A DNA stretch of 64,000 bases, taken from contig NC_092679.1 in assembly GCF_964355755.1 (NCBI RefSeq), forward strand, positions 2,696,201 through 2,760,200, in the 5' to 3' direction. The notes beneath the pieces are model-generated. The model was not told where the DNA came from and made no database searches. It was given only the letters and a program-made list of their open reading frames with translations. The position numbers were made by a program, and so were the translations under genes. Source of the DNA: Antedon mediterranea. Its lineage: Eukaryota; Animalia; Echinodermata. Of this stretch, positions 1 to 12,200 are shown one piece after another; the stretch's first letter is position 1, and each line of letters opens with the position of its first letter.

Positions 1-53
1 ACTACCTCGGCATATCTTCACTGCCTACTGGAAAGAGAAACATCTTAATGCTT

Positions 54-285
54 AATCCGCTTGAGATAGTTAAGACATCACTGGAATGGCTACTTGAGTT
101 CCCTGCTAAATGAATCCGCTTGGAATACTAAAGACATCTCTAAGATGGTTACTTGAGTTCACTGCTAAATGAATCCGCTTGGAATACTAAAGACATCACT
201 AGAATGGTTACTTAAGTTCCCAGCTAAATGAATCTGCCTGCAACACTCAAGACATTCCTGAGATGGCTACTTGAGCTCCTGGGGA
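54..285. repeat. 59-bp tandem repeat, ~4 copies, overlapping the FRMD6-like stop codon and 3'UTR
   Basis: AATCCGCTT-type unit starts at 54, 113, 172 and (degenerate) 231. Confidence 0.85.
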
Positions 286-3200
286 AAGGTTAGGAGCAGA
301 GTATGACACACATTCTTCTTTAATGACCCCTGACCCTCCTAAAAGTAGCATTTGTTCGCTTGCTGTCATCTTAGATGGTAAGGTCTGACACTTCAATCTA
401 TTATTTCCTTGCTGTTCATACCTACCATCAATCGGTAAAGAGTTCAACCCTGACATTGTCTGATGCTTTGATAAATGCTGACTTGCTAACAAACTTGAGC
501 TGTTATGCATGGAATGTATCTTATGGACATCCGAATCAATTGAACTGTGATTCACTAACGTTGTCAGCGATGTGTTGATGTCATTTGAATCAACGTTTAT
601 TGTGACATCTTTGCCTGAACTTTGACTGCTAGGTGTCCGATATGGATCCGATTCTGTCCGGTATAATTCATTACTAGCTAAATTATCGTATGATTCTCCA
701 CGTTGTTGGATTTGCATCAATAATAACGTGCGGTCGTTGCAGAGTGCGTTAAGAAACGGTGCTGTGGCGCCCTTTCCTTGGATTTCAGCTTGAATCTTTT
801 GCCGATCGATGCTGGCTAATGGTCTCAATAGTGGAGACGCTCTTCTTCGGTCTTTTGTGTTTTCTTTTCTGTGAGTACAACGAAGGTCCTCTGGTTCATC
901 ATCCTAGAAAAGAAAAAAGATTATAAGTATAAGTTATATTCTTCAATTTATCTTTAAATAATCTTGGACTAAGGCTGTACTGAATTTACAAAATTTGTAA
1001 GCACCCGTAACCAGTTTCTTTTATTCCAGTCAACCGTTTTAAACGGTGTGTACTCTGAAAATTTGGTAAGTCAATTCCAGCCTCTAAAGGCCCGCTAAAT
1101 CCAGACAGAGAGCAATTAAAATGAATAATTAATGAGAAAGTTATGCAGACATAATACCTAGAACTTCACGTTTTGTGCACTCTGCGTATGCTGAAAATTA
1201 ATTTATGAAATGAAAGGTGCAAGAGAGTTGAATACTATAACACCTACCTCATCATCAGATAATTCAGAATCACTAGCAGAACTTCTAAAACCACCAACTG
1301 AATTAACTGTTGTACCTAATGAGTTGCTTAGACCATGTTGCAGAGGAAGCTCTGGCACTGATATCGGGAAGTTGTTGTTACCTAATGAAAGAAAAAAAAT
1401 AGATTATTTATTTGTTTGTAATTTTTTTCATAAAATATCAAGTTTTACAATGATTAGTTTTTAATATAAAATATTTCATTTCTTTGTGTTTTGTATTTGA
1501 AGTTTATTAGTGGATTCAGATTAGGGCATAGAGAGTCACATGTTTCCGCAGCGGCCAAAACATAGTTATCGGTTAACTTTTTAATAATAAAGTGCGTATG
1601 ATTAGTCATTACCAATCACATCGCAACAATTTGTCCTTCAGGTCAAAGGTTAAAAATTATTGCATGTATCCGATTATTATCTGATTTAAATGAGATAATT
1701 ATTCGTTAATTTTTCGGGTTAAACCCTGTTTCTACAGGCAGTTGGTTAATTTTTATTGGTGAATTATCGGTTAATTTTGTTAGCGATAAAAGCGTACAAA
1801 CCTAATATGTTTTCTCTGCGAGTGAGCGTGCTATCGAGTTGTGTAGACGCCAGCATCGCAGATTTTGTTTTTTTCCTCAAAACCTCTTCTGGTATATAAG
1901 CTAAGTCATCATACTCATTCTCTGCTGTAGGGATATTTTAAAATAACATTAGAAAAAAAAATACAAATAAGATATCAAAAATGATGATGGCGTACCTGCT
2001 GCTTCCTATGGTTTGAATCTAACCCCTAGCCATCAGCGGTGGTGGTCTAAAGGTATGAATGAATGCCAGGCTAGTGTCATCTAGAAGTCATGGGTTCGAG
2101 TCACATTCGATAATTACAATTATGTCAGAATAGGGTAAATATCTGACCAAATAAAAAATACTCACATACACCCAAGGACTAAGGAAAGGGTTGATTTTTA
2201 CCCACCACATGGATCATTTGGATACAAATTTAACTAGGATGAACTTTAACCTTTATATTTATATGATACTATCGAATTCTCAGTCTGTTAATGCTCCCTG
2301 TTTTGGTTTCATTAAATTGTATTTATTTTTAGATATAGGCGATTAAATTGAATAACTTAATATAACACTATTAATCTTAACAATAACAATATTATAATTG
2401 AAAAGATGATAACATTACTACGCTGTATTTCAAAATAAAAATGATACCAAATAAAATAAACAAACTTAAATAAACATTCGTTCAAGAGCGCTCCATACCT
2501 TCACTTAGACTTTTCTCCATTGGAGGTCGTTCATCAGAGACGATACCAGACGTGGTGGCTGAACTACCATGACTGACAACTGATCGACGTTGTAATTCCT
2601 TCTTGTTCGATACGTCAGTGAATGATATCGTCATGGAGCTATCTAGATCTGACCACGAGACGTCTGTACTGATGTATGATTCACGGTACCGTTTCTTATC
2701 TATAATAAAAAATGTTTTTGTGATTAAACAATACTGTTATTTTTTTTGTAGATAACAATTCATTTTATTACAGTGGAATCCCCAGGGATACCTCCTTGTG
2801 ACCAACAAAGTGTACCCTTAATATGGGTGTGTTATGAACAGGACATTGAGCGTGCCATGCCAAGATAAGAACTCGTAACAGTCCTTTGATTTGATGTCTG
2901 GCTGCAACAAATACCAACCGTACTACGTACTTGTACATATTCTCTACAGCGCACAGTGTCCAATAAGTGGCGTGAAACTGATTCTGTTGCAGCCACAGAT
3001 AAACCCTATGATCTATGGAGCTCAGCATCCTGTTGATAGATTGCCTTGGTAATAGTGTTAAAACATATTTACCCATCATTCGATTCATGAAAAAATGTCC
3101 CCTTAATAGAGGTGTCCCTTGAATGCGCCTGTCCCAAAGGAGAGGTTCCACCAGGGAGTTGTAATTAGATTAGATCTGTCTACTATAATATTTCTTTTTA

Positions 3201-6200
3201 CTGAAAGTGTGGTTGACCGAGGGCATTATTTAATTACATTGAGAATGTCAAGCCACCTGACCTTGTATGTTCTCCCTTTTTCTTGCTCGGTCAACCATTG
3301 GTTGAGTCTTCATTTGGAAAGCATGTGTTAATTTGCATAGTCTTAACAGGTGTTTCGATCTGAAAATTTAACAATAATATTTCATTTTATCTGTGTATAT
3401 GTATTTACATTTCTTGTCATTTATCAGTGTAGGTTCTGTGTAGGTTCTGCTTTCTGTATAACCCTGGTATAACTTGTTTTACTTTCTAATTGGCATTATT
3501 GGCCTACTGTTCAAAGTGGTCAAGTGGCAGATCTATATACCCAATGCCAACAATCTGAAAAAGTTTAGAACATTTCCTAATGTTATATTATTGCATTGTA
3601 TTTTTCAAAACTAAAGCTCTGTCTACACTATCAAACTTAATGTGACAAAAAAATGTGATGTGCCCATATATGGTTATGATGATGTTATACCACTAACATA
3701 TGTGGGTATATCACTACCATATTTGGGCACATCACACTTTTTTTGTCAAAGTAGTTTATAGTGTAGACAGAGCTTTAGGAAAAATGTGGACTTACTTGGC
3801 TTCATTTCCAGTGTAATAATTTATTTTTCTTCCGTCTGATACGCCTTCAACTTGAAGTTCAAATTTCTTTTTCTGAAAATAAAAAAAATGTTTATCATTT
3901 AACAATCTTACAACAAATGGTTTTATAATCATCATTTGTAAAACACATGTCTGAAAATATCATGCTGGACCAGGAACCTTTAATGTGAAAAACATATTTT
4001 GTGAATAAGCAGCCCACTGGTGATACCAATAGTGATGGTACATCAATAAAATAAATGTATTTCTAAGATTTTAATGAAATAAAATACATTTTCCATAAAA
4101 AGTTAGTTACTGTATTCATTTTTACACTATATAATATATATAATAACATTTATTATATAGAATTCTATAAAAAATTAGACACATTAGGTTTTTTCTGTTA
4201 CATCATAATAAATAAAAAAAAAAAACGTATTCAAAAGAAAGCAACGCTGACAGAATAGCTAGTGATAAAAAAAATGTATATAGCGCCCTCAATTATTTCT
4301 TCAACTGGCCTTATTAGTTAAATCGTAGAGAAATTATTTAGATAATCTAATCTACAGTACTTATCTAAATAATTCTTCCATGGTTAAATGAATTTCTCCA
4401 TTCATTTGTCACAAAGAAATTCCAAATTACAAAATTTTCTTTACGAAAATGAGAATCTCAACAATTCTCACACATTCTGACAATTTAAAGATGAGAAATG
4501 CTTAGAAAAATGTATTAAAATCAGACTAAATGAGGTTTATAAGTTCAGTACAAAAGATAAAAAGACATACTTGGAAAACAAGCCGCTTAATAATATTCCA
4601 AGCATATTCACAGAGTAGGTACTTTCCTTCCCCAGAGTCCTGAAATAAAAATAAATAAAAATACAGTTTTTATCTAATTCATCAATTGGTTGATTATAAT
4701 AAAATAATAATATTGAAATTTATAAAGCGCTCTTTACCGGAGTCTAGGGGATAGAGTGTAATGGATGATGATGATGGAATGATTATGTATCGCTACATCA
4801 ATATATACCCACAGAAATAGATATCAGATACTTTTTAAAATATATATAATCATTTTCATAAAATATATACACACTAAAATAATGAAAATTCATTTTTATG
4901 AAATGTATACACTCTAATAATAATAATCAATTCATTTTTATAAAATTTATAGACACTATAATAAACAATTCATGATACACAAATTTAAATTCCTTAGTTG
5001 TTAGTGTTGACGCTAAATTTAATTACATCAGCGCAGGTACCGCGTTACGACTGAGTCACGGGAAACCTTGAAACACGACATCACTGATGAACGTAAGGAA
5101 TTTAACGAGGATGACACAGCCACAGGACCACTGACTGAGTTAAAGTATTTGGTGATATGGTATTTCAAGCGAATGGTGCAATTAGAGTCCCAGTGGCATT
5201 TCAGTAATATTTTGCATACATTACAAACACACTTTATTGTGATTGTGAATGTGAGTTATATATCCGCATACCATTTACTAGATATTTATCTACTGGCATT
5301 GCACTGTACTCAAAATCACGCTGCATAAGTTATAAAGCCCAGTCTACACTATCAAACTTTATATGACAACAAAATGTGATGTGCTCATATATGGACTTGA
5401 AGATGTCATATTAGTACTATATTTGGGCACATCACAACCATATTTGGGCATATCACTACCTTATTTGGGCATATAACTACCATATTTGGGCATATCACTC
5501 CCATATTTGTATATCACACTTTTGTCAAACTAGTTTGATAGTGTAGACAGTGTTCTTCAGTAGTTTGTTATGTAAAACAAAAAATAATTTGTATTTAAAA
5601 ATATAATTTGTATTTAAAAATAAACTAATAATTATAGATACTATATCTGCAGATAGAGTGGACATGAACTGTAAAGAAAAACCAAGCAAATTCAATAAGT
5701 ACTAAAACAAAATATGCACGTTCTTGGTCGCCATCTTTAAGAAAGAATTATATTATTGGTAGGTTGTAAGCACGTACTTAGACACCAACTTGAAATAAAT
5801 ACACCTGACAATACTTATTGTTTTCAGTGTTCAAGCTGTGACGCACACTTCTTATCTATTTTTAGACACGTGTTTAGATTACAAATTAACTTTAACAATA
5901 TTTGAAAGTTTATTTCAACTGGTCAAAATTTTCTGCACCATAGAGAGTGGTAAAAAATGTGATTGTAAAATATTAGGCCAAATACAGAAAATTGTTAGTT
6001 TCACATCTGGGAATTGATATTTTTTGATGATGTGCTTTACTATTAGTAACCAGGGCCATAGCCACCAGTACTGTAAGGTTTCAACCTGATCACTTTTTAA
6101 CAGGGAACAGGAACTTGAACAGAGATTGTTGCCTTTCCTTACAAAAACCGGACCACATTTCTTGTGGCTACATCACTGGTAATGCTCATAGCTATTGTAC

Positions 6201-9200
6201 CTACCTAACAACATAATGATAGCTTTAAAAGTCCAGTCCAGACACACCTTGGGAAAACTTGACGATCGCAAGCATGGATTATTCAATGCACTAGTAAAAT
6301 CTAAAGCTAATCTAACCCAGTGAAAACAAAAATTGAGCTCTGCATAGAAGAACATTATGTAAACCTCTGTCTACACTATCAAACATTATGTGACAAAAAA
6401 ATGTGATGTACCTATATATGGACATGATGATGTCATATCACTACCATATTTGGGCACATAACACTTTTTTTGTCAAACTAGTTTGATAGTGTAGACAGAG
6501 CTTAAGGGCTTAATGATGGAATCACATGTTCAACACTGCTGGCAAACTTGAGTGTATTTCTCATACCCCCTGCTTGCAAGAATGCTCTAACTATGATTTC
6601 ATAATAAATAAATGTCCATACCACTAGCCTAAATACCAGAGAAATTAGATAAATGAAACAAGAGATAGCTTTTATAGCAGCCAGGCCCTAAAGCATTTAA
6701 CATTCGCTAGAATTAAGTTTACCGCTTAGTAAAATTCTGAATTACACATATTTTCTCTTTCTTTTTCTGTAGTTCTTTGAGATAGTTTGAATAAGGTGTT
6801 GAGAGGTTGACTTAAATGTATTTGGGGATCATGTTATTCTACTGCAATTACTGCAGCAACTAAATTCTTTAAACATGCTTATGCAATTATTTAGCAAGCT
6901 TTTTCTTTTGGCAATCATAAACAATGTTTATTTATACAAACATCTATACAAACATTGACATTTAATATATCTATGATGTATGGATTTGAAATAAGAACAA
7001 ACAACAAATAAACTAAAATATGGATACGTTACTGCAGTAAAACAAAGTAGTTACTGCAGTAACTGCAGTAGAATTATTTTGATAATTTAATTTTTTCTTA
7101 ATAAATACATCAATTAAAAAACATATTTTTCTTTTTTTGTGTTCTTTTACTATGGATATTATTTCAACATAAAAGTATAAATTAAACAAAATTTTTTTTA
7201 AACCAACATACTCAACCCACCAAGTTATTTTTAACAATATTATTTAAGTAAATAAAGCAAACGCCACAACTGTGAGGTACAGGTAATCAATTATTAAAGA
7301 ATAACGTGACGCTTTTATTGTCGACGGGCACTATGTTTTAATTTTACTAATGGAATGCGAAAGAAAAATACTAGTTTACACGATCACCTCTAAACTTAGA
7401 TTAACAGATAGGCATGGAAATGTTACTATATAATGAATTGGTTTTAATTCGTCCAGCTGTTCGCGTGAATACTATCAGATATTCCTAGCACCTGACAGAC
7501 TTTTAGAATCATGTGAATGCAATTGTGTTGATATACACCAAGCATTTCTACCCAGTGAAAAAATTCAAGATACAAGCAGGTTTTAACAAGCCCTAAGGCG
7601 GGGGTCACTGACCTCATAGAGTTGAACGCCCCGAGTACAAATACCGAGCCAGATCGACGGAGTCTCTTCAGTCTTTACCTGCAAGGAGAGAAGGTTTCAT
7701 TTGTTATAAAAAAGATGGGTATGCAATTCATGTGGAATGTTCTTATTGGAATTCCATATCAAACACAATTTAATCTTAATTCGAATGTACTTAATTGAAT
7801 TTGTAAAAGTAAAGATTGATTGAGCAGAAAACGGATTTCCTCATAACTACAATACTATAGTAAAGTCTGTAAATGACCCATTTAGCAGTATACTGTTTAA
7901 CTTTGAAGGTCTTAATAATGCATTTATGTCTATTCTACCTCTGATTGGATAATATAATATTAATACATTGCTTGAGATAAAGAATCCATTGTAAAACACA
8001 TTCAAGCTACTGTACCTTCTTTAACCTATAAAATTGCATCGTATGTTCTATTGTCGTGGAAGCCTCACGAATAAACGCCTTCTGAGCATACACCTTGGTT
8101 GTTCCTCGTTGATCACGATGCATCATGGGAACATGCTTAAGAATGTAAGACTGCCCTCGCCTTCTTATTACCTATTTCAATTGGACAAACAGTATATTAC
8201 AAATTAACTGTAGAAGAAAATATTTTATAACAATCTAATTTATTAGTCAGGTCTAATTTATCCTTTGAAAATTAGAATCATATTATGTGTGTCAAACACC
8301 TGTTTTTTTTTAAACCTTATAAATGAAATATTAAAACAAATTAGAATTTAAAAAAAACACCTTTTTGGAAGGTGTTGGTAATAACTTTGATGATTTTGTT
8401 TAAATGTAAATCAAAAACAAGTTGCAATGTTATTATATTATACAAAATGTTTTTTTTTAAAGTCAAGATTAGCTATTTATGGTCCGTCCTGAAATTCGTG
8501 CCATAAACAAATATCTAGAATGGTTTTATCATCAATCAGATTGATTGTAATCTTTTAAATGCTCTGCCTAGGTCTGTAGGCGTGACCTGCGCGACAAAAT
8601 AAGCAAATGCTTTAAAGTCATTCTGGTAAAACTAGAATATAAACCCATGGCACTCAATATCCTGTCAATCCATCAACATTACCACAAACAGGATACAGCA
8701 TTAAATAAACAAGTTTGACAATAAAATAAATGGACCATTTTCTTAACTGTTTTAAACAGTAAGAATTATGATTGTGATACTGTAGGAGATGAGTACGAAC
8801 TTAGAAAAATTAAATATTAGGAGAATTTATGAAAGCGTGATTGGGTTCTACTCTGTCAAAAAAATATATCCGTATAATGTTCTAATGTGCATTGTAGAAA
8901 CTGTAACTCCAACATTACATCTTTAATATAATTATAATACTTCAACATGATAATGAACAAGAAAATAAAAAGCTCTGTCTACACTATCAAACTAATTTGA
9001 CAAAAAAAAGTGTAATATGTGCCCAAATATGGTAGTGATTACTCCAAACATGGCAGTGATTATGACATCATCATGTATGGGCAAATCACATTTTTTTGTC
9101 ACGCACAATTAATTGTGTAGATAGAGATTAAAAAGTATACTATAGTACTACAAATTTGATCAAAGCATGCTTGTAAAAAACCTCACCCATTCTGGAAAGT

Positions 9201-12200
9201 ATTTGTAGGGGTCAAAATAATGACACTTGTGTAGTTCGTCGGAGTGGTTACCGAGGTCAGCCTGTAAGGCGTATGATGCAAGAACAAAGCATGCTTCTTC
9301 ACGGAATAGCACAGGTGCTGCTAGAATGTTCTGCTTTAGTTGAAGGTAGTATTGGTGGCGTGTAGCATCATCCCTGGAAAAAGAACGAAAACATTCACAA
9401 TAAATGAAATTTACAGTATTTACGGGTATTGCTAAACACCGCAAACCCCGCAAACCCCCGCAAACCTCCAAAAAAACATAGCAAACCCCATCGAACCAAC
9501 ATAAAAGTGATTGAATCATGTAGTGTACAACCCACTGGGTATATCAATGTAAAAAAAAAAATACATTTTTACTGTTAACTAATTATTTTTGGGGTCAAAC
9601 ATCATTTTTTGGTCAAAAATGATTGCTAATTTTTAACCAAAAAATGATGTTTTATCCCCAAAAATAAGTAGTTAACAGTAGAATAATTTATATACCCAGT
9701 GGGTTGTACACTACATGATTCAATCACTTTTATGTTGGTTCGGTGGGGTTTGCTATGTTTTTTTGGAGGTTTGCGGGGTTTGCGGTGTTTAGCAATACCC
9801 GTATTTATTAATATTTAATAATGATTCATATAAGTATTTACTTAGTGTATAGTAGATATTATTAGGTAGCAAGCATTTACGGATCCAGGATTTAAATTAG
9901 AAAAAGGGTGGGGGGATGAAAATAAAGGTGAATAGAGTCTATCCTATCTTTTGCATTGCAAATTTGGAATTTTGAGGTTTTTTGTTTTATATTTTTTTAG
10001 GGGGGAGGGGGGTTCTTTGGGCTAGGCTTTGAATCGTACTGAAAAAAAATGTGCATAATACAGTACAGTATAGTGTACTACAGTAATTGTAACATTTACT
10101 TTACAGAGATTATTCAAAAAAACAATTATTTAATATTACTATATTATTCCTTGGTGACAGATACATCCCCTTAAAGGGGGATTCTGGGTTTAAAATTGGT
10201 TTTAAATATCGTTTATTTATTAAATAAAAAATATTATAACAATATAGACATGTCAGAATGAAGAAGTAATAACGAGAAATTAAAAAAATTAAATTTCATA
10301 TACATTTTAGGGTAAATTCATGGAAAGTCTGTTTTTCAGCAGCTTAGGGAAGCTCATTAATATTCATGAGATATTCACAAAATCACGTCACCAGTGGATT
10401 CCAAACTCGCGACGACGTCATGTACGTTGTGTTTGTCAACTAATTTACATCTCTCTCCCCTGTCAAACGACGACCACCCGATCATTGTGAAATACATTTT
10501 TTGTAGATAATAACAGTAGTAGCATATATTTATTTGACATTTAATGAAATACAAAATTTAGTACAGATACGGAGTCATAAATTATACTATTTTTATACCT
10601 CTATAGTACAGATCGTATTATCGGCTTCACGTACAATACTACTCTAGGCCTAGCCTAATAATAATAATAATATGGGCGAGAGCCATTCTGACTAGGGATT
10701 CCATGCCACAATGGCTATGTTAATACAATGGGGCCCATGGGCCTAGCTAGCCTACTACTAGACGATTGGCCCATAAATAACAAAACCCATCCTATCAACC
10801 AAACTCCTAAACAATCTAAACCTAAAACGTTCTACAAAATCGGCTGTAAATATTGAAGCAAAACAAGGTCCGATCGCCGTCCACACGTATGGTGTCCCGA
10901 TCGTCTACTAAGTAGGCCTAAAATAAAATAGGCTTAGTTTACTCTCCAAAAAAGCAGATACTCATGCATCAAGCAAGTAGACCAGGTAGTAGGAAGGAGA
11001 CCTAGCCGATCCGGCCCAGTTAAAAATTGAGCTAGCTAGTGTAGTAGACCCTATGCGAATTGATACTACCAGGCCTTTTACTATAGGCTGCACTACACAA
11101 ATATTCCAACTCTCTCATTCGAGCTGTATTATCTATACCATTCCGGTAGGTCAAGTCGACCTTCAATCAAATACTGTACATCGTTCATGTTGTGATTATA
11201 GACGGGGTATACTCGACCCGACCAGTTTGGTATTGTTGTATCTGCTTATCACGTGACGATGTCAGGCATGGGCAGCAGAGAGAGCACGTGTATCGTCGTC
11301 TCGCTTGATCCTCAGCAGGAATGTACAGTATACGTTACGCTTCATTGATTTTGATTTTTCCCTAAGTCGGTGCGAAAATCGGCAAACGTAAAGTGCAAAC
11401 ATATCTAATTTTTCACTGTTTTGATGAATTTTCATAAAAAATTGACTTTATAAATAGGAAGACCGACTAAAATTACATCAGATAAGTATAATTTTACAAA
11501 AGTAATTGATATGGTTTATGATAACGAGTCGTCGGAAGATGGACCATTTCACGAATTTCCTATTTTGTAACCACAGTGTGATTTTGCCGTAGCTGCACTT
11601 GTAATCTGGCCTGATTTCACAGCCTTCGTTCTGTTTCACTGGGCGCTTATATAAATTGAAACTTTTACCGTTCAAGAGACAAACAAATATATTTTACATT
11701 TTTTACTATTCATTTTAAACCCGGAACCCCCCTTTAATATTACCTAAACTTTATTTAAATAAAAAGTGATTTTCTGATGGAATTTTCTCTCAATTAGTTA
11801 CTATAATAAATTCTTGTTATACAGAAGAATGTTTGTAAAACCAAATTGGTTGATTAAATGGTTGATTAAGTTTTTCAAGTTCAGTTGCTTACTGTGTACA
11901 GTCAGCATGTTTTATCAATCATTATACAAGACATAGATTCCAGCATATCAATTTCCATGAAATGAGGAGCCTGTTGCTGTATGGAAAATAATTCCCAAAA
12001 GTATGGGCAGCCATAAAGGACAAATATATCAATCAATCAATCAATGTTTTGTGAACTTCACTATCTCATTGGCAAAGCATGTTCATGTTTCCATGATGAC
12101 CAGGTATAAATAATGGTGGCTATCATTATTAAAGATTTATATTCCCCACTGAAAAAAAAATGTTTGTTGTTGAATATGCCATTTTAATGTCACATAATAT

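Noticed and set aside
1-29. Acceptor-like TTTCTCTTTCCAG on the minus strand, a possible further FRMD6 exon
   Set aside because: The preceding exon already ends in a stop and I found no convincing donor; it is at the window edge and cannot be evaluated.
2768-3151. 127-aa minus-strand ORF in an FRMD6 intron, and most other short ORFs in the track
   Set aside because: No recognisable motifs; they overlap degraded repeat or AT-rich intron sequence or are alternative frames of real exons.
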